Below the pieces are notes generated by a model. The model made no database searches and was not told where the DNA came from. It saw only the letters and a list, made by a program, of their open reading frames with translations. A program made the position numbers and the translations under genes. Shown here piece after piece: positions 54,655 through 62,677 of a DNA stretch of 64,000 nucleotides. The stretch is from Clostridia bacterium (lineage in GTDB: Bacteria; Bacillota; Clostridia; Oscillospirales; CAG-272): contig JAFTBN010000021.1 in the NCBI GenBank assembly GCA_017455185.1, positions 21,897 through 85,896 on the forward strand, given 5' to 3'. How positions within the stretch are numbered: the stretch's first letter is position 1; every line of letters begins with the position of its first letter.

Positions 54655-55863
54655 TTATGCCGCCCGGAAAAAGCGGATCAGCGCAGGCCATAAATCCCTG
54701 TTCTGGGATGCGATCACCTGAAGCTGTTCACCCGGCAGGGGGGCCGAGCCTTTCCCGACCTCTACCGTCACGGCCGGAATGCCCATTTCCAGAACGCACC
54801 AGTCCGAAAAGGATGCGTCGTTCTCGGGTTCCATATCCACCGCGTATTTTGTCGTGTCCGCAATCAGCTGAGCCAAATGCAAATGCAATTCCTTTGACTC
54901 TCCGCTCTGTCCGCAATTCCAGTAAATCACTTCGCCCTGGGCATGCATGCACAAAGAAAACAGGATTTCTTTTCCCGCTCCGACTTTCTCCTTTACCCAT
55001 CCGGTCAGAATCCGGGTCTCGGGTTCGGATGCGGGTTCCGTTCCCTTGAAATTGGCCATACTGGGCGCCTGCATACCGCGGTACTGCTCCCAGAGCGCAT
55101 CGCAATTGCGGTTGAGGTCCACTCCGTTGGCATTGGCCTTCCAATAAGGAAGATAGCGTTCCAGAGGAAGGTTCATCACACCCGCGGCATAATCAGACGC
55201 ATAGATGGATTGAATCTTTTTTCTCAAAGTCTCGGACCGGATTCCTTCAAGCCCTTTCTGAGACAGGGTCACTCCGTCCGGGTTGACCATAGGGAACACG
55301 CAAATGCTCAACTCACTCAGAGCCCCGGCATACTCCTGTGCCCCCTCTTTTGCCAACGTCAGGAAGCGATGGGTCTGCTGGAGCACCAAAGGCGTCGTCA
55401 GATATTCGCGCCCGTGCATCGAAGCCGTGACCAGCAGAATTCGCTTTGAATCGGGCGACCCGACGGTATAGACATACAATTCCCTGCCGTCCGCGCTGAG
55501 GCCTGCGGATGCATACGAAAAAAGATCGGGAAAGTCGCTCTCCAGTTTTGCCAGATCACTTTGCAGGTCCTCATACGAATAAACGCCCCTCTCGAAGCGG
55601 TAGTCTCCGCTCTCCTGCCCGGTTTCGGTTTCGGTTTCGGCCCGTTCCGTCTCCGTGTCCGGGCTTTTGCTCTCTGCCCCCTCGGTCTCCGTCGGGGATT
55701 CGAGGTCCCTTGTCTGCTCCTCCGTGTCCCGCGTCAAAGTTTCAGTCCCGGACTCCGGGCCGGTCTCCTGAACGGCTTGTGCGACACAGGAAGAAAGGAG
55801 AAGCGCGCAAAGAAGAAGAACCCACAGCAAATAGGGTTTTATTGTGTTTTGTTTTTTCGTCAT
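54655..55863 (-). CDS. M14 family zinc carboxypeptidase lipoprotein
   Basis: 402 aa with lipobox LLSSC and an acidic TE-rich linker. HxxE zinc motif SMHGREY and a second His in MHAQGEVIYW. Confidence 0.85.
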   Translation of the reverse strand: MTKKQNTIKPYLLWVLLLCALLLSSCVAQAVQETGPESGTETLTRDTEEQTRDLESPTETEGAESKSPDTETERAETETETGQESGDYRFERGVYSYEDLQSDLAKLESDFPDLFSYASAGLSADGRELYVYTVGSPDSKRILLVTASMHGREYLTTPLVLQQTHRFLTLAKEGAQEYAGALSELSICVFPMVNPDGVTLSQKGLEGIRSETLRKKIQSIYASDYAAGVMNLPLERYLPYWKANANGVDLNRNCDALWEQYRGMQAPSMANFKGTEPASEPETRILTGWVKEKVGAGKEILFSLCMHAQGEVIYWNCGQSGESKELHLHLAQLIADTTKYAVDMEPENDASFSDWCVLEMGIPAVTVEVGKGSAPLPGEQLQVIASQNRDLWPALIRFFRAA

Positions 55864-55900
55864 GCCGCAGGCTCCGCTTTCACTTCAATGATCGTTCTCC

Positions 55901-55929
55901 ATTATACTACAGAGCCGGGAAAGTTGCAA
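55901..55929 (-). promoter_or_regulatory. candidate promoter of the M14 carboxypeptidase gene
   Basis: Minus strand reads TTGCAA (55929-55924), 17-nt spacer, TATAAT (55906-55901). Lies about 38 nt upstream of the ATG. Confidence 0.65.
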
Positions 55930-56170
55930 GAAAAAGCCACCGAAATTAACCACAGGTCCGCTGAGTGATCCACCTACCTGTCTGCAAAGCGTTTGACTGC
56001 CGGGTGAACCGGGAGATTACTGCGGTTCATAGCCCAAAAGAAAACCGGAGCCGCAGAGTATCGTCATACAGCAGCTCTGCTTTTTCTTGGTTCGGTTTCT
56101 TTTTCGGCAATTATCGCAAAGGAACGGCCAACAGAAGAATGAACGCTATAATAATACCGATATTCTCCGT

Positions 56171-56209
56171 TCGGAACAAAAAGGATTTGGAAGTCAAATC
56201 CAAATCCTT
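56171..56209 (-). terminator. probable terminator after the hybrid kinase gene
   Basis: 10-bp stem AAGGATTTGG (56181-56190) with CCAAATCCTT (56200-56209). The minus strand continues TTTGTT. A second interrupted 14-bp hairpin lies at 56221-56258. Confidence 0.55.
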
Positions 56210-56337
56210 GTTTATTTCTGTTGCTTGTCGCATAAATGCGTCATTTATGCAATAGCAAGATCCCTGTATATTCAGCCATTGAGAGCTTTTGCCCAAATTT
56301 GACCTGGTTTACCCGTTAGAACCAGACAGCGAATCTC

Positions 56338-59001
56338 TCAATTCTTGATTAGGTTTTCCAAAGTTTCAAACAACACGTCCGGTTGTACCGGCTTGGTAAG
56401 ATGCGCATTCAAACCCGCCTGTAAACTGCGCTGAACATCCTCATCGAAAGCGTTTGCCGTGAGCGCGATGACAGGGATATCCTTCGCATCCGTGCGGTCC
56501 AGTTTGCGGATCTCCCGCGTTGCGGTCAAACCATCCATCTCCGGCATCCGCATATCCATCAAGATCGCGTCGTAATACCCGACAGGGCTTTGCGTAAACT
56601 TTTCCAGAGCGATTTTGCCGTTTTCAGCGAGATCCACTTCCATTTTTCGGGATTGTAGCACCATTTTCATGATATCTGCATTGATCTCCACATCCTCGGC
56701 GAGCAGAACTCTGCGTCCTTCAAGCATTGCTTTCTTTTCCCGTTTCAGAATGTCGACGCCTTTACGCTTGACGGCATTTTCGAATTCGTCCAGCACGTTG
56801 GCGGCAAACAGAGGCTTGGAAAGAAAACTGTCAACGCCAGCCTGCGTCGCCTCTTCCAGCACGTCGTCCCAACGGTAAGCCGTCAAGATGACGATGGCGG
56901 ATTCGCCGCCTGTAATCTCCCGGATTCGTCTCGTTGTTTCCACGCCGTCCATTTCCGGCATCTTCCAATCTACAAGAATCAGATTATACGGTTCCCTGCG
57001 GGCATGACGTAATTTAACCATTTCAATCGCATCCGCGCCGGAAGCCGCGGTCTCGGAAGAGATCCCCGCTTTTCCCAGCACAAGTTTCGCGTGTTCGCAC
57101 GCCACGGGATCGTCATCGACGACCAGAACCGTCATATCCTTCGGGTTGATTTCACGATTATCATTTTCTTCATGATGGCTTTCGTCATCAAGCAGGGTGA
57201 CCGCGATTGTGAACGTGGTTCCGACACCTTTTTCGCTTTCGACTTGAATGGTCCCGCTCATCAGTTCCACCATGTTTTTGGTGATTGCCAGTCCGAGTCC
57301 GGAACTGCCGTATTTGCTCGTTGCAGACGAATCTTCCTGTGTGAAGGTATCAAAGATGTGCGGCAAGAACTCACGGCTTATGCCGATACCGGTATCCGCC
57401 ATCCGAAAGGTGAGCGTGCTTTTCCCATTATATTGTGCCGTCCGCTCAACGTCAAGCACAACCTTTCCCCCCTCGGGCGTGAATTTAACGGCATTTCCTA
57501 GAATGTTGATCAGCACCTGCCGGAGTTTCATATTGTCCCCGATGTAATAATCGTCAACCTGACCGTTGATCCGGCATTGATATTCCAATCCCTTTTCCTG
57601 GCATTGACCGCTGATCATGGTATTGACAGACTCCAGCAGTTTAGAGAATGAGAATTCCTCGTTTTTCAGGATCATACGCCCCGACTCGATGCGCGACATA
57701 TCCAGAATATCGTTGATCAGGTTCAGAAGGTGTTCCGCCGCGGTTCCGATCTTTGTCAGGTAGTCCTTTGTCTTTTCCGGCGTTTCCGGGTCATTCAGAG
57801 CAATGTTGTCAAGCCCGATGATTGCGTTCATCGGAGTGCGGATCTCATGACTCATATTGGAGAGAAACACGGTTTTGGCTTTGTTCGCCTGTTCCGCCGC
57901 GGCGAGCGCGTCGCTGAGGGCATGACTTTGCTCTTCCAGTTGATTTTGCAGGGCGATGCGCTGTTCCAGTTCCTGCTGCTTCCCGCGCACTTCGGCGTCC
58001 GCCGTCTCTTTTTCCAACAACAATTTGGTGTTCCGCCGGTTCTGCAAGATGATGATAGCAAAAACGATCAGCATCAGAACGGCGATCAGCACCGACTGGA
58101 TCACACTTTGCACCACGATCCGGTTGGAAATATCTCCCACCTTTTCACTGATCACGCTTTCGCGAATCAGGTAGGTGAGCAGCCAATCGGTCCCTTCCAC
58201 GGGTATATAACTCAACGTTTCGCGGACGCCATTGTAGGAAAAAGACGCAACGCCGCTTTTCAGGTTTTCAAAATCCCGCTTCACTTTTTCATAGGAATAA
58301 CCCTGTTCATATTCAGCCTGCGAAAGAGCGTCCAGCAGATTGTCCTCTACAGCAAGTCCACCGAGAACGGTGTTACTGAGTGCAACACCGCCGCTGGTAT
58401 AGATGTTGGTGAAGGTAGAACCGCTCTCCTGCGCCTGCATTGAAACGCCGGCAAGCATATCCTTCATGTCGATCTCCATGAAACAGACCACCAAATTCTC
58501 TCCGGCAAAAGAAATATGTTCCACCGGCAGAGCAATGATAACAGTCTTGTCTGCGTTATTCAGATTTTTAATTGATATCTCAGGCTTTTCAAGAGAACGA
58601 TACTCGATTTTGTATTCGTCAATGTTCGTTTGCGTACCGAGAGAAGTATAGATCAGCCCGTTCTCATCGATAAAGGCAAACTTCTGAAGTGTAAACAGCC
58701 GTTTCATTTTTGCCTGATACGCCCGCAGATGCTCCTGGTCGCTCAGGTCGTCGTCCGTCATCAGTTCAAGGGCAACCCGCATATCCGAAATACGCCCCCG
58801 CAAATTGTCAGCCACCACCTGCTCGCGACGGTCGGCAAGTTCGTCCAGATACAAAAGACTGACCGTTCTGACCGCATCATTCGACGCCTTTTTCGCCCGC
58901 TGTCCCATCCACATTGTACCAACAACAAGAACCAGCATGACGACAATCATACCAACAATCGCAATCGGAACCGATTTGCTATTTCTGATCTGTTCGTTCA
59001 T
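56338..59001 (-). CDS. hybrid sensor histidine kinase with extracytoplasmic Cache-like domain and two receiver domains
   Basis: 887 aa. Two TM helices flank a roughly 270-aa sensor domain. H-box SHEIRTPMNAIIG; N and G boxes NAVKFTPEGG, DTGIGIS and GSSGLGLAI. Two REC domains (VLVVDDD...DWKMPEMDG and VLLAEDVEIN...DMRMPEMDG). Confidence 0.92.
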   Translation of the reverse strand: MNEQIRNSKSVPIAIVGMIVVMLVLVVGTMWMGQRAKKASNDAVRTVSLLYLDELADRREQVVADNLRGRISDMRVALELMTDDDLSDQEHLRAYQAKMKRLFTLQKFAFIDENGLIYTSLGTQTNIDEYKIEYRSLEKPEISIKNLNNADKTVIIALPVEHISFAGENLVVCFMEIDMKDMLAGVSMQAQESGSTFTNIYTSGGVALSNTVLGGLAVEDNLLDALSQAEYEQGYSYEKVKRDFENLKSGVASFSYNGVRETLSYIPVEGTDWLLTYLIRESVISEKVGDISNRIVVQSVIQSVLIAVLMLIVFAIIILQNRRNTKLLLEKETADAEVRGKQQELEQRIALQNQLEEQSHALSDALAAAEQANKAKTVFLSNMSHEIRTPMNAIIGLDNIALNDPETPEKTKDYLTKIGTAAEHLLNLINDILDMSRIESGRMILKNEEFSFSKLLESVNTMISGQCQEKGLEYQCRINGQVDDYYIGDNMKLRQVLINILGNAVKFTPEGGKVVLDVERTAQYNGKSTLTFRMADTGIGISREFLPHIFDTFTQEDSSATSKYGSSGLGLAITKNMVELMSGTIQVESEKGVGTTFTIAVTLLDDESHHEENDNREINPKDMTVLVVDDDPVACEHAKLVLGKAGISSETAASGADAIEMVKLRHARREPYNLILVDWKMPEMDGVETTRRIREITGGESAIVILTAYRWDDVLEEATQAGVDSFLSKPLFAANVLDEFENAVKRKGVDILKREKKAMLEGRRVLLAEDVEINADIMKMVLQSRKMEVDLAENGKIALEKFTQSPVGYYDAILMDMRMPEMDGLTATREIRKLDRTDAKDIPVIALTANAFDEDVQRSLQAGLNAHLTKPVQPDVLFETLENLIKN

Positions 59002-59299
59002 AGACGTATCTCCTGCTTTTTTGTGGGATTAATCGGGAACTTCCAATGGTTTCTTTATCTAGCCGTTGGTTTGGTTTTCATTGACGAAAAACACTTTTCA
59101 TCGTGCAGAACCATCGACTTTGCTTTATTCAGGATAAAGAAAAAGCCGTCTGGTACTTTTCCGTCTATTTCCCGTTCTACTCGTTCTATTCTTTCAAAAG
59201 CCCGACCAACTCGTCCCGCTTTGCCATTGTTTCCGCGAATAGCCGGGTTAGCCTCCCGGCTTTTGCAATGAAGCAACGGAACTATGTTGTTTATGTTTT

Positions 59300-59328
59300 A
59301 TTATACTATCATTTCCTCAATCAATCAA
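59300..59328 (-). promoter_or_regulatory. candidate promoter of the hybrid kinase gene (would give a leader of about 290 nt)
   Basis: Minus strand reads TTGATT (59328-59323), 17-nt spacer, TATAAT (59305-59300). Confidence 0.5.
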
Positions 59329-59759
59329 TGCCGTCTTGAAAAACGGCGAATTCCCACCCATTGTTTTTCATAGTGACCGGAAAACGGAACCCGATTTTTG
59401 TCAGCGCGGGACCTCTCATGGGTAGGTGTAAAATGACTGTATGTAAAAGGGAAAATAAAAAAAGGCACAGACCTCTCCAATGTGGTATACTGTAGAATCC
59501 AAAAAAACAAACACCAGGAGGGCCTATGCCATAGATATTGTAGCACAGATTTTTGCAAATGCAAGTGGACAAGCAGACAATTATGCTGAGGATTTCTTCA
59601 AGATCAGCAATTTGGAATCGTTATGCCAAAACATACTTGGAGTTTTGCTTTCGGCGGGAAAAGAACTGCTTGTTCGCACGTTGGAAATGCAAGACAAGAG
59701 AATTCAGGACAGCAAAGAGAGGAAGGACAAGTGACACATTCTCCGACATGACAAACAGA

Positions 59760-59788
59760 TTGACTTCCGCCGACATTTTTGCTATAAT
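59760..59788 (+). promoter_or_regulatory. candidate promoter of the ychF-trmB-truB unit
   Basis: TTGACT (59760-59765), 17-nt spacer, TATAAT (59783-59788). The leader is about 115 nt. Confidence 0.7.
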
Positions 59789-59909
59789 TTTTCAGCAAAA
59801 GTATAGAAAACGCGAAAGAATCGGGGCCATCCCAAAGGTTTTCACCCTGTCGCGGCCATTTTGCCGTACTTTGGCAAATACAATAAGACTTTCTGAAGGA
59901 GACAGAAAT

Positions 59910-61004
59910 ATGAAACTCGGAATCGTCGGACTCCCCAACGTCGGAAAAAGCACTCTTTTCAACGCCTTGACCAACGCGGGCGCCGAGTCTGCGAATTACC
60001 CTTTTTGCACCATTGAACCCAATGTAGGAGTCGTTCCGGTGCCGGACGCAAGACTGGACGTTCTGGCACGGATGTACAATCCCGAAAAATACACTCCCGC
60101 GGTCGTGGAATTTCTGGACATAGCCGGCCTTGTCAAAGGGGCGTCCAAGGGAGAAGGACTGGGAAACAAATTTCTGGCCAACATCCGGGAGGTCGATGCC
60201 ATTCTCCACGTCGTCCGCTGCTTTGAAGACGAGAACATCATCCATGTGGAAGGCTCCATTGACCCAATGCGGGATCTGGAAACCATCAACCTGGAACTGA
60301 TTTTCTCCGACATGGAAATGCTGGAGCGCCGGATTGACCGATGCAAAAAGGCCATGCGTCAGGACAAATCGCTCTCGGCCGAGCTGGAAGTATTTGAAAA
60401 AATCATGGCATGGCTGGAACAGGGAAAATGCGCCCGCTCGCTGCCTCTGACCGACGAGGAAAAAGCCTGCCTGTACGACACGCCGCTGCTGACGATGAAG
60501 CCGGTTCTCTATGTGGCCAACGTCAGCGAAGACTATGCCAATAAGGAACCGCTCGACCTGCCCGGATACGTCGCGCTGGCTGCCTATGCCAAAGAGGAAG
60601 GTTCGGAAATCATGTCCATCTGCTGCGGCATCGAAGCCGAAATCGCAGAACTGGACGCCGAGGAAAAAGCCATGTTCCTGGAGGATCTGGGAATTAAGCA
60701 AAGCGGCCTGGACCGGCTGATCCAGCGCAGTTATTCCCTGCTCGGCTACATCAGTTTCCTGACGGCAGGACCGCAGGAAGTGCGGGCCTGGACCATTACA
60801 AAAGGGACGAAAGCGCCTGCCGCGGCCGGAAAGATTCACTCGGATTTCGAGCGCGGATTCATCCGGGCCGAGATCGTCTCCTTTGACGACCTGGTCCGCT
60901 GCGGTTCGATTACCGCCGCCAAGGACGCCGGCCTGTACCGTTCCGAAGGCAAGGATTACGTTATGAAGGACGGCGACGTTGTGCTCTTCCGGTTCAACGT
61001 CTGA
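59910..61004 (+). CDS. ychF: redox-regulated ATPase YchF
   Basis: Real start at the ATG at 59910 (MKLGIVGLPNVGKSTLFNALT), with GAAGGAG upstream, giving 364 aa. The upstream part of the 59553 ORF has no homology-like features. Confidence 0.96.
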   Translation: MKLGIVGLPNVGKSTLFNALTNAGAESANYPFCTIEPNVGVVPVPDARLDVLARMYNPEKYTPAVVEFLDIAGLVKGASKGEGLGNKFLANIREVDAILHVVRCFEDENIIHVEGSIDPMRDLETINLELIFSDMEMLERRIDRCKKAMRQDKSLSAELEVFEKIMAWLEQGKCARSLPLTDEEKACLYDTPLLTMKPVLYVANVSEDYANKEPLDLPGYVALAAYAKEEGSEIMSICCGIEAEIAELDAEEKAMFLEDLGIKQSGLDRLIQRSYSLLGYISFLTAGPQEVRAWTITKGTKAPAAAGKIHSDFERGFIRAEIVSFDDLVRCGSITAAKDAGLYRSEGKDYVMKDGDVVLFRFNV

Positions 61005-61019
61005 CAGCGGGCAGAAATC

Positions 61020-61712
61020 ATGAGAATGCGACACAAGAAACACGAGCAGGAGCGTCTGCTTGCCTGCTCGCCTGTTCTGATCCGGAGCGAAGAGAAGGAA
61101 CGGCTTCTGGCCGATCCGCAATCTTTCTTCCCCGCACCGGCTCCTCTCCATCTGGAAATCGGATGCGGAAAAGGCCAATTTGCCTGCAAAATGGCGTCGG
61201 CCCACCCCGAATGCAATTTCATTGCCATGGAACGGGTGTCCAATGTGCTGTGCAACGCAGCCGAAAACGGCATGACGCGGTTAAACGGACACAATCCCGA
61301 CAATTTACGCTTTATGACCGCAAACGCGACCGACCTTTGCGAACTGCTGCCTCCCTCCAGCGTAGAGCGGATCTATCTCAATTTCAGCGATCCCTGGCCA
61401 AAGGCAAAGCACGAGCGCCGGCGGCTGACGGCCGCGCCCTTCCTGTCCCTGTACCGCGCCATCGTTGTGCCGGGCGGACTCCTTCAGTTCAAAACCGACA
61501 ACGAAGGACTGTTTGATTTCTCCCTTTCCCAGTTTGAATCCATGGGGCTTCCCCTGCTGTTTCTGACCCGGGATCTGCACCGGTGCCCGTCCGATTCTCC
61601 GTTTGTAACCGGCAACCAGACCACCGAATACGAGGACAAATTCACGGCCGCCGGCATGCCGATTCATATGGCCGTCGTCCGGCTGAAAGACGAGGTTTCC
61701 CATGGAGAATAA
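61020..61712 (+). CDS. trmB: tRNA (guanine-N7)-methyltransferase
   Basis: 230 aa with SAM motif LEIGCGKGQF and TrmB motif NFSDPWPKAKHERRRL. Confidence 0.93.
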   Translation: MRMRHKKHEQERLLACSPVLIRSEEKERLLADPQSFFPAPAPLHLEIGCGKGQFACKMASAHPECNFIAMERVSNVLCNAAENGMTRLNGHNPDNLRFMTANATDLCELLPPSSVERIYLNFSDPWPKAKHERRRLTAAPFLSLYRAIVVPGGLLQFKTDNEGLFDFSLSQFESMGLPLLFLTRDLHRCPSDSPFVTGNQTTEYEDKFTAAGMPIHMAVVRLKDEVSHGE

Positions 61713-62628
61713 TCCCGGATTCGAACCCGGAGGCGTCCTGCTTCTGGACAAGGCTGCGGGTTGGACCTCGTTTGACGTCGTGGCCCAGATCCGGAAACTC
61801 TTCGGAACCAAAAAAGTCGGACACGCGGGAACCCTGGATCCTATGGCAACCGGGGTGCTCCCCGTTCTGATCGGGCGGGCCACGAAGCTTGAACCTTTTC
61901 TGGTGGAGCACAGAAAGAAATACCGCGCCACTCTCCGGCTGGGTCTGACCACCGACACGGGGGATATCACCGGCACCGTCCTGCGTCAGTGCGACGCCCT
62001 GCCGTCCGCGGACGAAGTGATCCGAGTATCCCGGGCCTTTTCCGGAACCATCCTCCAGACGCCCCCGATGTACAGCGCTCTCAAGGTGAACGGGCAAAAG
62101 CTGGTCGATCTGGCAAGGGCGGGAAAAACCGTAGAGCGGAAACCAAGGCCGGTCGAAATCTACGACCTGGAAATCCGCCCGACCGAGCGGAAAGAAGCGT
62201 TTGAACTGACCGTATCCTGCGGAAAAGGCACCTACATCCGCACCCTGTGCGAAGATATAGGCAGCCGTCTGGGGTGCGGAGGAACCATGGAAGCGCTGCG
62301 CCGTCTGGAAGTAACGCCCTTCTCCATTGAAGAATGCGTCACATTGGACCGTCTGAAAGAAATGAGTCCCTCCGATCGCTCGGCCCGGCTGCTCTCCCCG
62401 CAGAAGTGCCTGCCCCATCTTCCCCTTGTCGAAGTCAACGACTTTCAGGCAGCACTGGCGCAAAACGGCGTCAGTCTGAGGCAGGAAAAAATCGGCGTCT
62501 CCTTGCATGAGGGGCAACAGGTGCTGGTCACTGACACGCACAAAAACCTCATCTGCATCAGCAAAGCCGCACAGGATGAGAGCGGACAGCCTCTGCTCAA
62601 GCCTCTTTGCATCTGGAAAGTCAAATAA
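61702..62628 (+). CDS. truB: tRNA pseudouridine(55) synthase
   Basis: 308 aa with the catalytic Asp motif GHAGTLDPMATGVLPV. Overlaps trmB by 11 nt. Confidence 0.95.
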   Translation: MENNPGFEPGGVLLLDKAAGWTSFDVVAQIRKLFGTKKVGHAGTLDPMATGVLPVLIGRATKLEPFLVEHRKKYRATLRLGLTTDTGDITGTVLRQCDALPSADEVIRVSRAFSGTILQTPPMYSALKVNGQKLVDLARAGKTVERKPRPVEIYDLEIRPTERKEAFELTVSCGKGTYIRTLCEDIGSRLGCGGTMEALRRLEVTPFSIEECVTLDRLKEMSPSDRSARLLSPQKCLPHLPLVEVNDFQAALAQNGVSLRQEKIGVSLHEGQQVLVTDTHKNLICISKAAQDESGQPLLKPLCIWKVK

Positions 62629-62661
62629 AAGTCCGCGGATGTTTTCTTCCGCGGACTTTTT
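62627..62661. terminator. bidirectional intrinsic terminator between truB and the O-antigen-ligase gene
   Basis: AGTCCGCGGA (62630-62639) pairs with TCCGCGGACT (62648-62657), flanked by AAAA and TTTT. Confidence 0.85.
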
Positions 62662-62677
62662 CATTCCTTTATCTGAC

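Noticed and set aside
55621-55640. The short tandem repeat GGTTTC x3
   Set aside because: It is in-frame and codes for the ETETE acidic linker of the M14 lipoprotein. It is too short and not spacer-interrupted, so it is neither a CRISPR array nor a phase-variation tract.
55940-56085. An attempt to assign the structured spacer to SRP RNA, or to a TPP or c-di-GMP riboswitch
   Set aside because: Only fragmentary resemblances were found (CAGGTCCG, CTGAG, GCAAAGC). The diagnostic conserved loops are missing, and no regulated gene follows on the plus strand.
59055-59276. A 73-aa ORF (TTG start) in the kinase leader
   Set aside because: It has no SD and a non-ATG start, its composition is not protein-like, and it spans the orphan hairpin. 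It is more likely non-coding leader RNA.
59604-61205. A 533-aa minus-strand ORF, and likewise 61642-62844 (400 aa)
   Set aside because: These are antisense to ychF/trmB and to truB respectively, all of which carry diagnostic motifs.
61713-61733. A tRNA T-arm-like string CCCGGATTCGAACCCGG
   Set aside because: The flanks are direct repeats, not inverted, so no T-stem can form. There is no acceptor or anticodon context. It lies in the trmB/truB overlap and encodes PGFEPGG of TruB.
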